Positions 1-11,116 are shown, counted from the stretch's first letter. The stretch: 64,000 bases of DNA from Limnothrix sp. BL-A-16 (GCA_041937175.2 CP166615.1:2912001-2976000), one strand, 5' to 3'. Notes: a model not told the origin generated them from the letters alone. Numbers and translations are program-made.

Positions 1-328
1 GCATTTACCCGCCCGGATCAACCCCACACGCTTGGCGATCGCCTCCGCCAACTTCCCATAGGGGCCCCACCGATCGCCCGCTGGATGGGGATTGGGCAAA
101 TCGGCCAGGCGATCGCTCGGGACAATTTCGCAGCGATCATCTGCACAGCGCACAATATAGAATTCCGGGACTTCCATCAACACCTTCAATCTGTTGATTA
201 ACCCTAGTTGTCGAAATTACCGATCAGCCGATCAATTAATCAACCAATTAATCAATCAACCAATTAATCAATCAATGAGCCGATCGCCGGTTGATGAACA
301 GCAGCTTACTCCCCCAAGGATCAATCAG

Positions 329-1639
329 CTATCGGGGAGCAGTGGCGGCACTGGCCCCGCCATTTTCGCCATCCTTCAGGTTGGCAATTTCCCCTTGCAA
401 CACTTCCAAAGCCTTGGCGTATTGGGCATCTTCTAGCGTGCCAATTTTGTCGCGATTTTCGCTCAGGAACTCCCGTTGTTGATCGGTCAATTCCACCTTG
501 ATATCGGGATCGATCCCGTGTTTGTTGATGTCGCGACCGCTGGGAGTCAAATATTTAGCCACCGTCACCGCCATCCCGGAACCATCGCCCAGGTTGCGCA
601 CCGACTGCACCAACCCTTTCCCAAAGGTTTTCGTACCAATCAAAACAGCGCGCTTATTATCCTGCAACGCTCCAGACAGAATTTCACTGGCACTGGCCGA
701 TCCTCCATCCACCAAAACCACGAGGGGTTTGCCTGTGAGGGCGGTGCGGTTGGCCTGTTGGCGATCGGTCTCGCCGTTGCGATCGACCGTGGACACGATC
801 GCCCCCTCGTTCATCCACATCCGCGCAATGTCAATGCTGGCATACAGCAAGCCACCGGGATTGGAGCGTAAATCCAACACATAGCCAGAAACATTTTGGG
901 ATTCTAGCTTTTGGATGGCTTCGCGCATTTCCGTGGCCGCGTTGGCGCTGAACTGGGTCAGGCGAATATAGCCGATCGGGGCTGTGCCGTCCTTGGGCCG
1001 CTCGCTGAAGCTCACCGGATGCAGCTCAATCCGGGCCCGCTCGATCGTGTAAGTCATGGTGCGATCGCCCCGTTGCAGGGTCAACACCACCGTGGTTCCC
1101 ACCGGGCCGCGAATCAGCTTCACGGCTTGGTTAATATCCATCCCCTTGGTGGATTTGCCGTCAATGGTCAGGATTTTATCCTTCGACAAAATGCCCGCCT
1201 TGGCCGCCGGGGAGCCATCGATCGGGGAAACAACGACCAATTCCTTGGTTTTCTTGTCTTCGCCCAACTGCAACCCCACCCCCGTCAGTTCGCCGGAGGT
1301 GTCGATTTGCATGTTGCGGAACTCATCGGGATCCATGAAGCGGGTGTAAGGATCGCCGAGTTTTTCCAACATTTCCCGAATCGCTTTGTAGGCTGCTTCG
1401 GGTTGGGTATAGTCGCGGTTCAAGTAATCTTGGCGCACCGCTTGCCAGTCCACCTGGTTGAAGGTGCCATCCACATAGAGCCGATCGACAATTTGCCAAA
1501 CCTCGTCAATCACTTCCTTCGGGTTTTCTTGGAAGAAAGCATGACCTTGCGAAAGGTGAATGCCCGCGCCTGTCAGAGTCACAGCAGCCACCGTTGTGGC
1601 CGCCGCACCTAAAACGAGCTTGCTATTCGCGATCGGCAT
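329..1639 (-). CDS. Carboxyl-terminal processing protease, S41 family (CtpA/B/C paralog)
   Basis: N-terminal anchor, PDZ region, DLRSNPGG, SASASEIL catalytic Ser and TFGKG motifs. Confidence 0.93.
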   Translation of the reverse strand: MPIANSKLVLGAAATTVAAVTLTGAGIHLSQGHAFFQENPKEVIDEVWQIVDRLYVDGTFNQVDWQAVRQDYLNRDYTQPEAAYKAIREMLEKLGDPYTRFMDPDEFRNMQIDTSGELTGVGLQLGEDKKTKELVVVSPIDGSPAAKAGILSKDKILTIDGKSTKGMDINQAVKLIRGPVGTTVVLTLQRGDRTMTYTIERARIELHPVSFSERPKDGTAPIGYIRLTQFSANAATEMREAIQKLESQNVSGYVLDLRSNPGGLLYASIDIARMWMNEGAIVSTVDRNGETDRQQANRTALTGKPLVVLVDGGSASASEILSGALQDNKRAVLIGTKTFGKGLVQSVRNLGDGSGMAVTVAKYLTPSGRDINKHGIDPDIKVELTDQQREFLSENRDKIGTLEDAQYAKALEVLQGEIANLKDGENGGASAATAPR

Positions 1640-1715
1640 AAGGCTCTAGTTCATCATTCGCGCGTCTCATTCTCATCATAGTGTTTTGCCGGGTCGATGG
1701 CGATTGGCAAGGAAA

Positions 1716-3470
1716 TTAGGACATCACTTGATTGAACAGGCTGCCCAGGGCGATCGCTTGGGCCCGGGGCATTTGGCCATAGCTGAACCGATAGGGAATT
1801 TTTGACCCCAACAGCGGCCGCATGGTTTCGAGCAGGTAAGGACTGCCGTATAAAATCACGCCCGCCAATTGGTGGGATTCCTGAAGGGCTTTCAGCCAAG
1901 CGATCGCCCCTTGGGTGAGGTTGGCGCTGCCTCGGAAGGGATTGCCCCGGGCAAAAATTTGCAAAAGGGTGGGTTGTTGGGCCGCCAGGGAACCGATCGC
2001 CTCGAAATCCACCGGGCTGTAGCTGTCTACAATTTGCAGTTGCCCGATGCCCCACTGCCGCGGCCAGGCGATCGCCGGGACAAATTGCCCCAGGAAGTCG
2101 CTGGCGATCGCGTCATCCACCACGATCAAATTGCGGGCGATCGGGCGCTGGGTTGGAGTATCGGCCGGGGAGCCGATCGCCGCTGCGGGGGTCAGCTCCG
2201 CCAACGTGCCCAAATTTTCCAAGGCTTCTTGGGCCAAGGTGCGATCGGGCGTTTCGGGTGTCTCGGGCGATCGGGGCAGAACCAACACCCCATTGCCACC
2301 GCCTAAGCTGCCCTCCAAAATGGCCGTCACGGTGGCCTGGTGCTGGGGCTGGCCCAATTGTCCCCGCAGGTCGATCGCGCTGGGGGGAACATCGGCCGCC
2401 TGTCGATCGGCCCCCTGAAAAACCTTGCCCTTGGCTTGCCAAATCCGCGCCACCGATTCCCGAATTCGTTCCGGGGAAATGCGTCCCGCCTCCACGGCCC
2501 GCGCCACGGCCGCGATCGCCCCCGGGGGATCCACCGGCATCAACAAAATATCGGCCCCCGCTTCCACGGCCATCACGGGCGCTTCGTTGGCCCCGTAGTG
2601 CCGGGCGATCGCCCCCATCACCAGCGCATCGGTCACAATCAGCCCCCCAAAGCCCAAGTCTTGCCGCAGCAACTGGGTCAAAATCGGTCGCGACAGGGTG
2701 GCGGGCCGTTGGGCATCGAGGGCAGGAATTTGCAAATGGGCGCTCATCACCGCATCCACACCGGCCTCGATCGCCGCCACAAAGGGGGGCAGCTCGATCG
2801 CGTTCAATCGTGGGCGATCGTGGGGAATCACCGGCAGAGACAAATGGGAATCGATCGCCGTGTCGCCATGGCCCGGAAAATGCTTGGCCGCCGTCAAAAT
2901 CGGGAATTGATGGGCCCCGGCAATAAAGGCCGCGGCCAGTTGCCCGACCAATTGCGGATCGTCCCCAAACGATCGCACGTTAATCACCGGGTTAGCCGGG
3001 TTGTTATTCACATCCACCACCGGCCCCAACAACCAATTCAGCCCGATCGCTTGGGCTTCCGCTGCCGTCATGACCCCCAAATCGCGAGCCAGGGCCAACG
3101 CTTGGGGGCAATCCTGCTGGGCCAACGCGCCGAGGGCCATCAGGGGCGGCCCTTGGGTGGCTCCCCCAAACCGCTGCCCCACGCCCTCTTCAATATCCGC
3201 CGCAATCAGCAGAGGCACGGGGGCCCACCGTTGAAACTCATGGGTTCGCAGCGCCACTTCCGCCGCACCCCCACCCAGCAGAATCACGCCCCCCACGCCC
3301 AACTCCTGGATCCAAGATTCCAGCACCGAGGCGATCGGCTCCCAAGCGGGATAGCGAATTTGGGCATCGAACAGAAAACCCGAAGCCCGCACAACAACCA
3401 TTTGAGCAATCTGTTGGCGCAGGGTCAGGCGATCGAGGTCGGGCAAGGGGGATGGGGCCGAAACAGTCAT
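1716..3470 (-). CDS. Glycoside hydrolase family 3 (NagZ-like beta-N-acetylhexosaminidase/beta-glucosidase)
   Basis: DIEEG, VRSFGDD and KHFPGHGDTAIDSH motifs; ATG at 3470 chosen (ORF extends to 3488). Confidence 0.88.
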   Translation of the reverse strand: MTVSAPSPLPDLDRLTLRQQIAQMVVVRASGFLFDAQIRYPAWEPIASVLESWIQELGVGGVILLGGGAAEVALRTHEFQRWAPVPLLIAADIEEGVGQRFGGATQGPPLMALGALAQQDCPQALALARDLGVMTAAEAQAIGLNWLLGPVVDVNNNPANPVINVRSFGDDPQLVGQLAAAFIAGAHQFPILTAAKHFPGHGDTAIDSHLSLPVIPHDRPRLNAIELPPFVAAIEAGVDAVMSAHLQIPALDAQRPATLSRPILTQLLRQDLGFGGLIVTDALVMGAIARHYGANEAPVMAVEAGADILLMPVDPPGAIAAVARAVEAGRISPERIRESVARIWQAKGKVFQGADRQAADVPPSAIDLRGQLGQPQHQATVTAILEGSLGGGNGVLVLPRSPETPETPDRTLAQEALENLGTLAELTPAAAIGSPADTPTQRPIARNLIVVDDAIASDFLGQFVPAIAWPRQWGIGQLQIVDSYSPVDFEAIGSLAAQQPTLLQIFARGNPFRGSANLTQGAIAWLKALQESHQLAGVILYGSPYLLETMRPLLGSKIPYRFSYGQMPRAQAIALGSLFNQVMS

Positions 3471-3634
3471 GGCAGCAACTCTAGGCAATTTCTCGCGATT
3501 CCTGGTGGAACCATAACCAACAACGCGGCCCTGCGGCGAAATTCCTGATTGCCACGATCGTTAACGAACCCGACAAAGGGCCGATCGTCAAATTGCCTGA
3601 AACCCCGATTCCACCGTTAGCGGATCGTGGGAGA

Positions 3635-3654
3635 CGAGGGGCTTAAGCCCCTTG
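3635..3654. repeat. 20-bp palindrome family copy (1 mismatch)
   Basis: CGAGGGGCTTAAGCCCCTTG; family copies also at 19034, 29236, 36304, 54917, 56834 and 59914. Confidence 0.85.
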
Positions 3655-3729
3655 TTACGACGATTGGGGCACGGAACATGAACCATTTCAGCCTCACATC
3701 GAGCAATGACGATCGGGTCTAACCGCCTC

Positions 3730-4311
3730 TCAAGGTAGGTCGATCGCCCCCATGGCCTCAAGGGCTTTCCACAACACTGCTACCCCCACTTGTTCCGACA
3801 CCGCTTGGGGATCAAACTTGCCATCAGCCACGTACTTTCCCGTTTGATAGTGATTGCTCCCGCTCCACAGATAGGGCGTGAGCACCGTGGGGCGATAGAG
3901 CCGATAGCCAAAACCGTTGAACCGCTCGGCTCGCCACAGCCAAGCCCCCAAGGAGCGATCCTTCACGCGCGGGCCGTCAAACTCCTTGAGGGTGAGGGCA
4001 TCGATCGCGCTGTCTTCCCAAGTTTTGAAGGGGCCCCGCCCGATCGGCTCGATCGTGGTGCGCTGGCTGAGGGGTTGCCCGTTGTGTAAATGGCAGCGAA
4101 AGTCACAGTTGGACTCTAAGTTATGAATCGCCGCCACAAACCACCAGGGCACTTGAATCGCAGTTTCAATGGCCCCATAGCGCGATCGCAACTTCAAGGC
4201 TCGATCGGCTGCTTGTTTGGCCCTGGCTTGCCAATTGGAGCGAATTTGGCAAGTTTCCCAGAGGCGATCGTATTCAGGCTTCAGATCCGGAAGGCGGGTG
4301 GAGGAAACCAT
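3730..4311 (-). CDS. Lysozyme-family protein (COG5526-like)
   Basis: IHNLES...HLHNGQPL, ERFNGFGY and PYLWSGSNHY...GKYVADG motifs. Confidence 0.7.
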   Translation of the reverse strand: MVSSTRLPDLKPEYDRLWETCQIRSNWQARAKQAADRALKLRSRYGAIETAIQVPWWFVAAIHNLESNCDFRCHLHNGQPLSQRTTIEPIGRGPFKTWEDSAIDALTLKEFDGPRVKDRSLGAWLWRAERFNGFGYRLYRPTVLTPYLWSGSNHYQTGKYVADGKFDPQAVSEQVGVAVLWKALEAMGAIDLP

Positions 4312-4434
4312 CGCGAGGACAACGACTGGCGTTGCAATCTCTCTGCTAAGTCCACGATAACGCTGGGCGGGAGGCAGGCAACTGGGTTGAGGGAATTGTT
4401 AACAGCGATCGACCGGGAGACGATCGGGCCACCC

Positions 4435-5157
4435 CTACTCTTGGACCAGGGATCGAATGGCCGCCCATTCTTGATCGCTCAAGGGTTCTTCCTCCAGCTC
4501 GATCGCGAACGTGTCCCGAGCCGCCTGGGTCAGGGTCGCCACCAGGTGCGATCGGGACAGGGGCGGCAATCGGGGTTCCGGCGGCTCCGTGCCAAAGATC
4601 TGGCCATGGAGCGATCGGTTGGGATGCAGGGCGATCGAACCATGCTGCAACACCGCCGCGCCTCGCAGATATTGAGCGCTGCCGATTAACTTTTCGCCGC
4701 CGTCAGCCAGCACCAAATCCGCATCGGTGGCCAGCGCAAAACAGTTGGCTTGGTTACGCAAACCGACCGATCGCCCCTCGCCAAACCGCAACTCCACCCC
4801 CAGAGCCTGCCAACCCGCAATCAAAAATTGACAAATGCGGCAATAGGCATCCCGACGGCTGCCGAACTGGGAGCCAATGACCGCATAGGTGAGGTCATTC
4901 CCATGGAGCACGGCCCGGCCCCCCGTGGGCCGCCGCACCAGGGGAACCGGGCGATCGGCCCATTGCAACTGTTCCCAAGCGGCCGGGTAACGCCGTTGAT
5001 GAAACCCCAAGGAAATCGTGGGTTCCGACCAGGTATAAAACCGCAAAACCGGCGGGCCCGCTGCTTGAACATGCTGCTCAAACAACCAGCGATCGATCGC
5101 CATTTGCACCGCGCCGGATTCGTTCAAGGTTGGGATCAGTCGCCAGCGATCACCCAT
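4435..5157 (-). CDS. Lipoate-protein ligase/octanoyltransferase family (LplA/LipM-like)
   Basis: QMAID, LRFYTW, VRRPTGGRAVLH, KLIGSAQ and LQHGSI motifs. Confidence 0.88.
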   Translation of the reverse strand: MGDRWRLIPTLNESGAVQMAIDRWLFEQHVQAAGPPVLRFYTWSEPTISLGFHQRRYPAAWEQLQWADRPVPLVRRPTGGRAVLHGNDLTYAVIGSQFGSRRDAYCRICQFLIAGWQALGVELRFGEGRSVGLRNQANCFALATDADLVLADGGEKLIGSAQYLRGAAVLQHGSIALHPNRSLHGQIFGTEPPEPRLPPLSRSHLVATLTQAARDTFAIELEEEPLSDQEWAAIRSLVQE

Positions 5158-5214
5158 AGCCTCAATTTGTGAATATATCAATCGCGGCCCCACAACTCGC
5201 CAGGACAAGCCGCC

Positions 5215-5664
5215 CTAACCAAATTCCGCTTGCAGTGCTTCGTCATTGTCATCAGCGATCGAAGCTACCAACGTAATCGATCGGGAAATTTCCCCCGGCG
5301 ACAGTTCCGCCACCGTGCGGGTTGTGGTCACCACCACGGAATTTTCCGCGATCGCATAGCGAGCCTCAAAGGTGCTTAACCAATTGGCCGCCATCAGTTT
5401 TTTCAGCAACCCGGCCTCGTCCTTCACCGGCAAATTCAACACCGATGACCAAACCGTCAACGTGTCATCGTCCGTTTCGCCCGTCAGTTGCACATAGACC
5501 TCCACCGAGCCGTATTGAAACCGCCAAAGGGACGATCCGCCGCTGCGATTCACCATGGCGCTGTTTTCCGTCGCCAAGCTGGAGATCACCGTTTCGATCG
5601 TCTCGATCGCGCTGGTGGGTTCTTCTGCCATATCCAACAAAGCTTCTTCCGCCGCCGTTGTCAT
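5215..5664 (-). CDS. YbjN/CesT-like chaperone-fold protein
   Basis: WRFQYGSVEV...EISRSITLVASIADDND, a conserved cyanobacterial family. Confidence 0.7.
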   Translation of the reverse strand: MTTAAEEALLDMAEEPTSAIETIETVISSLATENSAMVNRSGGSSLWRFQYGSVEVYVQLTGETDDDTLTVWSSVLNLPVKDEAGLLKKLMAANWLSTFEARYAIAENSVVVTTTRTVAELSPGEISRSITLVASIADDNDEALQAEFG

Positions 5665-5815
5665 AGGTCTAAGTCAAGGATTAAGTCAAGTTCGCGGGCT
5701 GGAGGGGGTTTAGCGCCGCATGATGCCGATCCACTGGCCACAGGCCAGCCACCCGATCGCCCCCATGCCCACCCCATCCAGTGTGGTCGCAACGCTCGAT
5801 CGATGCAACTGATGC

Positions 5816-6934
5816 TTAACGTTCAGGGCGATCGCTCGGCTTCCGGGCCACCCAATATTTGCTCAGGAAATGGGCCGCAGTTTCCACCCGCTCAAACCCG
5901 GCCTTTTCCAAATAGGCCACCAGATCATCCGTGATGTAGTGGCGATAGAACGGTTCATGGAACGCCGCCGGGAACCCCGCCAACACCGGCTCCAACTCCG
6001 GCACATCCGCTGACTGAATCGAATCGCACAGCACCACCGTGCCCCCCGGCTTCGTCACCCGGAACAGCTCTTGGATTACCTGGGAGCGCACCGGCCCCGG
6101 CAACTCATGGAACAGAAACGTGCTGGTGGTGATGTGGAAATAATTATCCACGTAGGGCAGCGCCTCTCCTTGGCCCTGAGCCAGTTGGGGCAGCTCGCCG
6201 GGCTGTTGCGACAACGCCTGATTTGCCTTGCGCAGGTAGGCCGGCGACAGATCCAGCCCAAACAGCGCCGCCTTGGGCAGCACCGATCGAATGAACCGCA
6301 GGGTGCGCCCCGTCCCGCAGGCCACATCCAACACCCGCAGATCGCGCCCCGTCACTTCTGGGAAAGCGCGTGCCCCCTGGGCGATCGGGGCCAATACTCG
6401 CCGCCGCATCGCATCCGCCGTTCCGTTAAACAGCAATTCCACCTGCAAATCGTACAAATTCGCAGACCAATCGCTCAGATAGCCATCGGTTTGGTAGTGG
6501 AAATTTTGCAGGTAATACTTCGGATAACCGTTGGTGTCGATCGAGGGCGAAAACTCCTGAAAACGCTGTTCCGACAGGCGCATCCAAGTTTGGAACCCAT
6601 CCCAAATCACCAACGGGTAACACTTCAGAAACTCATCCCAAGCATTTTCAAACACCAACTCGGGCCCATAAACCCCCTGTTCCACATCCTGCCAGTCGGT
6701 TTCCAGTAGCGTTTGCATCCGGCGCTGCAACAACTGGAACACCTCCGGCGGCAGGTTTTGATTTCGTTGGGGCAGGGGTTTGATCGCATTCAAAACCCGC
6801 CTGTTCATTTGCTTGTGGGCCAAGCTAAAAGCCCCCTTGCCCTGCTGGAAGGTCTGATAGGCCAGCTTCAGCAGGTCATTCGGACTCGGCAGCGGAAAAG
6901 GTTGCTGTGGGCGGCGATCGGTGGTGGCAGTCAT
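5816..6934 (-). CDS. Class I SAM-dependent methyltransferase
   Basis: VLDVACGTG, FLFHELP and YYLQNFHYQTDG motifs. Confidence 0.88.
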   Translation of the reverse strand: MTATTDRRPQQPFPLPSPNDLLKLAYQTFQQGKGAFSLAHKQMNRRVLNAIKPLPQRNQNLPPEVFQLLQRRMQTLLETDWQDVEQGVYGPELVFENAWDEFLKCYPLVIWDGFQTWMRLSEQRFQEFSPSIDTNGYPKYYLQNFHYQTDGYLSDWSANLYDLQVELLFNGTADAMRRRVLAPIAQGARAFPEVTGRDLRVLDVACGTGRTLRFIRSVLPKAALFGLDLSPAYLRKANQALSQQPGELPQLAQGQGEALPYVDNYFHITTSTFLFHELPGPVRSQVIQELFRVTKPGGTVVLCDSIQSADVPELEPVLAGFPAAFHEPFYRHYITDDLVAYLEKAGFERVETAAHFLSKYWVARKPSDRPER

Positions 6935-7135
6935 GGCAATGGGAAATTTTGAAGGGCGATCGACCCGAGACCGGGAATGCGTCGATCGCTTGGATTATTA
7001 AGGGGCAAGTCCCCGGCGAAAACCAAACCCCGATGGCAATTGGGGGCGGTCTTGAGGGTCTATTGTAACGAAAACTTTACGATCAATCGGACGATCGCCC
7101 CGGTCTGCCGTAGATACTACGTTGCTTGCTGGTTC

Positions 7136-10021
7136 TCACCCTACGCCTACGCTTACGGTTCTGATGCAATCGGTGCTGACCCAGGCCGAGCGATCGCCCA
7201 CCCCAGGCGGCAAACCGGGCCCCACCACCGGCTCACCCGATCGCTCGGCCGCCGCCACAGCTTGGTTGAGTTGAAACAGGAAGGCAAGGGGATCGGTGCG
7301 ATCGTCCCAACCGTAGGCCGCCGCTACCGCCCGATCGAGGGTGTCATGGGCCCGGTGCAGCGGCGTATCCCCCGGCTGATCCAAAGTTTTATACAAATCC
7401 CGCAGGCTCCATTGGGCTTCGGCCATCAGGGTTTCGCGTAGTTGGCGCAGGGATCGGGCAGCTTCTGCAACGGCCGTGATTTGGGCGATCGTCACCGTTT
7501 GCGGCCAAGGAAAGGTGTCGAAAACGGTGTTGGAAGTGTAGCGAAAGTCGCCTTTCAAGGTTGAACATTGGCGAGTAAACCATTGCCAATGCAACGAGGA
7601 TTGCAAAACTCCAAAGGAATAGTCATCATCGAGGGCAAAGACCTGTAAGGCATCACTAGGCCGAATGGTCGAACTAATGAATGTAAAGATCGGCCGTTTC
7701 GTCACTCGGCTGGCCACAATATATCGGTTCAGGGCTGAAATTTTGTGAATCATCTCATCCCGAGAACGCCAGTATTTCCACCATTTTTGCAAATGACTTT
7801 GGCGGGGCCCCGTTGCTTTCTTGGTTTTCGCAAATTCATCTTCTGCCAACTGCTTAATCGCTGGATAGACAGTTTGTTTAATGTGTTTCAGCAAGCCGGG
7901 ATAGGACTTAACCTGATCTAAAGACTGACAGTGGTTTAAGTCAATAATTGATCGTAGAGACAATAGATCACGATAGCCCAGCAAATCATTACCATTTAGA
8001 TAAGGGTAAATATAGGCTAGTTCTTTAGCTGATAGTTTGGCTTGTTGCCTATCAATGAAAAATCCCTCATGGCCGTGGGTTTGACCTTGATAGCAAGCTT
8101 GCGATCGCACGTTAGCTTGAATCACGACCGCCTGAGTCACATCAAACTCGGAACTGAGGGCCGCATGAATCTGAGCGGGATGCTCTGTGCGCCAGGGGCT
8201 ATCGAGGCGATCGCCTAACTGGGTGATTAGGGTTTTCTGGCCCGTCCATTCTCCCTTAATCCAGTTAACGATCGACACATGAACCGCCGCTGCCCCTGAC
8301 CAAACTTGACTGGAAACCGCGTGGGTAATCGTGCCGCCATTTTGCACAATGTAATCAAGATCGCCTTCGCGGGAATAGTTTTGGCGAATCGTGTTGGTTC
8401 CCACCAATCCAGCACGTTGGCCGGGCTTCAGGTGATCGTGCGATCGCCGCAACCAGTAGACGCAATAATCAGCTCGCCCAGGGATTTCGGGATAGCGATC
8501 GCGCAGGGTTTTCACATAGGCGGCTCCCAGTTCCTGTTGCATTTTATTTTTGGATTGGAAGGGCGGATTACCCACAATCACTTCCGCCGCCGGCCAGGTT
8601 TCCAGCATCAAGGCATCCTGTTTACGGATATTTTGATCCAAAGTATCTAGGGGCAAGGCCGGTTCATTTAGCCCCAGCCGATCGATCGCCACCTTCCGCG
8701 CAATCATCAGGGTGACTCGGGCGAGTTCCACCGCAAAGGGATTAATATCCATCCCAAAGAATTGCAAAGGTGTAATTAAACTCAGCCGCCGGAGTCCTGT
8801 TTTTTCTAAAGCAGCAATTTTATCTAACAAAACCTGTTCAACCTGCTTGAGTTCCTGATAAGCAATATAGAGAAAGTTACCTGAACCGCAAGCCGGATCA
8901 AGTACTCGATAACGCGATAGTTCCAGATGTAATTGATTGAGCTGTTTGAGATTATTAGCTTGCTCGATCGCCTGTTCCCAAGGCTGCACGATCGAGGGGC
9001 GAATGATCTTCATGATGTCGTTTTCGGAGGTGAAGTGCATTCCTCCCGCATGGCGATCGCGATCGGTTGTTGTTTGCTCAAAAATATTGCCGAAAATGGC
9101 AGGCTGCACCTTTGTCCAATTCTGATCAGCCGCCACTTTCAGCAACTTCAACTCATCCCGTTCTAGATGAATTGCCGGAATTTGGGCAAATAGTCCGCCA
9201 TTAAAATAATCTGTGCCTTGAAAGCGACCATAGGGCGTTTTGCCCTGTCGATTCATTTGTCGAAATAGCCCTTCACACAAGATGTCATAGGTGCTTTCGC
9301 CGGGGTCATCGCTGTTTTGAGGCAAGCACCGATCCAAGCAGTCGGAAAAACGATTGGGCGGCAACAGACCCCGCCCCTGGGCAAACATGGCCAACACACA
9401 CTGCAACACAAACCGCTGGGCATCGGCTTCGGTGTAGGGTGGCTTTTTCAGGCGATCGCGCCGGTCACAGAGCGATCGATACAGCAGCCCCATGCGCTGG
9501 GCCGCCGTTGCCGTCACCTCGACAATTTGCCCATCGCGAAACTTGGGTTTTGTCGCGCCACGCTCCATGAAGCGGAAGGCTTCGGGATGAAACGGCAACT
9601 CATCGAGGGCTAACCGCTCAACGGGAATGCTGACCGACTGGGTGAGGTCGTAAATCCAAAACTGCTCGAAGTTACAAAGGATGATGTATTGCGGTTGAGG
9701 GGTCAGGCGTTGGGCATAGCCCCAGGCTTGATTGTAGTGGCGATCGAGCTGTCGTTCCGATCGCCGCTTCAGCTCAATCAGCAGTGACCCATCGGGCCAA
9801 TACAAGTCGGCGTAACCCGTCTGGCCCTTACGGCTGCCCTGATCCACCACTTGCTCGATCGTTGCCCCCGCTTGCTTCGTTCCGGCATACCCAAACGCCT
9901 GAAAGAACGCCTCCAGAAACGGCCCGCTATTGCTGCGTTCCGTAGCTGCGGGTTGCGACAGGATATAGGTTTGGCAAAAGGTGACAAACTCCTGAAGTCG
10001 ATCGTGGTTGACTGGCGGCAT
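7136..10021 (-). CDS. MmeI-family (Type IIL/IIG) restriction endonuclease-N6A methyltransferase fusion
   Basis: N-terminal D...ELK nuclease motif, FNGGLF, DPACGSGNF (motif I), GNPPF (motif IV), TRD ending YTSNTVFDTFPWP. Confidence 0.88.
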   Translation of the reverse strand: MPPVNHDRLQEFVTFCQTYILSQPAATERSNSGPFLEAFFQAFGYAGTKQAGATIEQVVDQGSRKGQTGYADLYWPDGSLLIELKRRSERQLDRHYNQAWGYAQRLTPQPQYIILCNFEQFWIYDLTQSVSIPVERLALDELPFHPEAFRFMERGATKPKFRDGQIVEVTATAAQRMGLLYRSLCDRRDRLKKPPYTEADAQRFVLQCVLAMFAQGRGLLPPNRFSDCLDRCLPQNSDDPGESTYDILCEGLFRQMNRQGKTPYGRFQGTDYFNGGLFAQIPAIHLERDELKLLKVAADQNWTKVQPAIFGNIFEQTTTDRDRHAGGMHFTSENDIMKIIRPSIVQPWEQAIEQANNLKQLNQLHLELSRYRVLDPACGSGNFLYIAYQELKQVEQVLLDKIAALEKTGLRRLSLITPLQFFGMDINPFAVELARVTLMIARKVAIDRLGLNEPALPLDTLDQNIRKQDALMLETWPAAEVIVGNPPFQSKNKMQQELGAAYVKTLRDRYPEIPGRADYCVYWLRRSHDHLKPGQRAGLVGTNTIRQNYSREGDLDYIVQNGGTITHAVSSQVWSGAAAVHVSIVNWIKGEWTGQKTLITQLGDRLDSPWRTEHPAQIHAALSSEFDVTQAVVIQANVRSQACYQGQTHGHEGFFIDRQQAKLSAKELAYIYPYLNGNDLLGYRDLLSLRSIIDLNHCQSLDQVKSYPGLLKHIKQTVYPAIKQLAEDEFAKTKKATGPRQSHLQKWWKYWRSRDEMIHKISALNRYIVASRVTKRPIFTFISSTIRPSDALQVFALDDDYSFGVLQSSLHWQWFTRQCSTLKGDFRYTSNTVFDTFPWPQTVTIAQITAVAEAARSLRQLRETLMAEAQWSLRDLYKTLDQPGDTPLHRAHDTLDRAVAAAYGWDDRTDPLAFLFQLNQAVAAAERSGEPVVGPGLPPGVGDRSAWVSTDCIRTVSVGVG

Positions 10022-10115
10022 TAGGAATCGCGGATGAGCAGATAGGAAAAGGACTGGACAGCCATCCCTATTAAAGCGTTGATTCTCGATGGGGCAAGCG
10101 GTTGAGACTTAGCCC

Positions 10116-10175
10116 ACCCCAAACAACGAGAAGCGATCGAGCCGGGCTTGCCAACACAGCAAACGACTCGATCGC
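10116..10175. repeat. 60-bp direct repeat, copy 1 (hairpin, terminator-like)
   Basis: Identical at 59/60 positions to 11340..11399; contains GCGATCGAG...CTCGATCGC inverted arms. Confidence 0.92.
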
Positions 10176-10232
10176 CTCTGAAGTTACGACTAATTCATCA
10201 GCTCAGATTTAACTGAAACGGCTGCATGAAAT

Positions 10233-10970
10233 TCATGATGAATACTGAATGGGCTGAATATTCAGCTCTGCCTGCCATTGGCTCAGGGGCTTTTCCCATC
10301 CCTCTTCCCACTTTTGAGCAAACAGGGGTTGAGCGGCCTTACCCATCTGAAATCCTTGAGCAATTGCCTCTAGCAAGAGTGGCAATGCTGTTGGTGCGAT
10401 CAGCGTGCTGGTTATTAAACTGCTAGCCACTACCATGCTAGCCAGTGGGTAGGGAAATTGTGGCAAATGAAATGCCTGTAAACCAATTTCACCAATTTCA
10501 GAGGGAGCAAATCCAGTCACAATATGCCAAAGATCATGGGTTTGGCTCAGGCGCATTTCAACATACTCAGCATCAGATTGGGCAGCCATTCCAGCATGTA
10601 AATTGGGATCAAAGCCCTTTTCTTTCATTTCTGCTGCATAGATATACCCCAGCGAATCAGGAGGCAGGGTCAGGAGGGTTTCTAAATCATGAGCGGGTGG
10701 CAGATAGCGCTCACGGATTAAGGCGGCACAAGCTGGATTCTGACTGAGGTATTGTGCTGCCAAAGCGTAGGCGGGAGTTTCCAGCAAGCCATCCACTAAT
10801 TCGCCCACTGTTTTTAAGCTATTGCTGCCAAGGAGCATTGCAGTGAATGACTTAAAAATCAGAATCTTTGAAAACAACGACTTCACACCCTGAAACAGGG
10901 GATTTGATGCCGGTGGTTGCATGGAACTGGTCAAAGAGTCGTTCAATGTTGCTGAATTAAGCGGTTGCAT
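10233..10970 (-). CDS. Coq4-family protein
   Basis: LPPDSLG and HDLWH-x11-E metal motif; ATG 10970 has GGAG upstream. Confidence 0.85.
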   Translation of the reverse strand: MQPLNSATLNDSLTSSMQPPASNPLFQGVKSLFSKILIFKSFTAMLLGSNSLKTVGELVDGLLETPAYALAAQYLSQNPACAALIRERYLPPAHDLETLLTLPPDSLGYIYAAEMKEKGFDPNLHAGMAAQSDAEYVEMRLSQTHDLWHIVTGFAPSEIGEIGLQAFHLPQFPYPLASMVVASSLITSTLIAPTALPLLLEAIAQGFQMGKAAQPLFAQKWEEGWEKPLSQWQAELNIQPIQYSS

Positions 10971-11116
10971 AGACAGTAGCTCCAGGGAACTGCAAAGTGA
11001 ACCCAACCACCTCTCAAAAGAGGATGAAGTTGCTGAATAGTCGGGAGAAAGCTAGCACTTTCATTCGTTAACTCACACCCTGGCGGGACAGTGCTTTCAG
11101 GGGTGAGTCAACTCAT

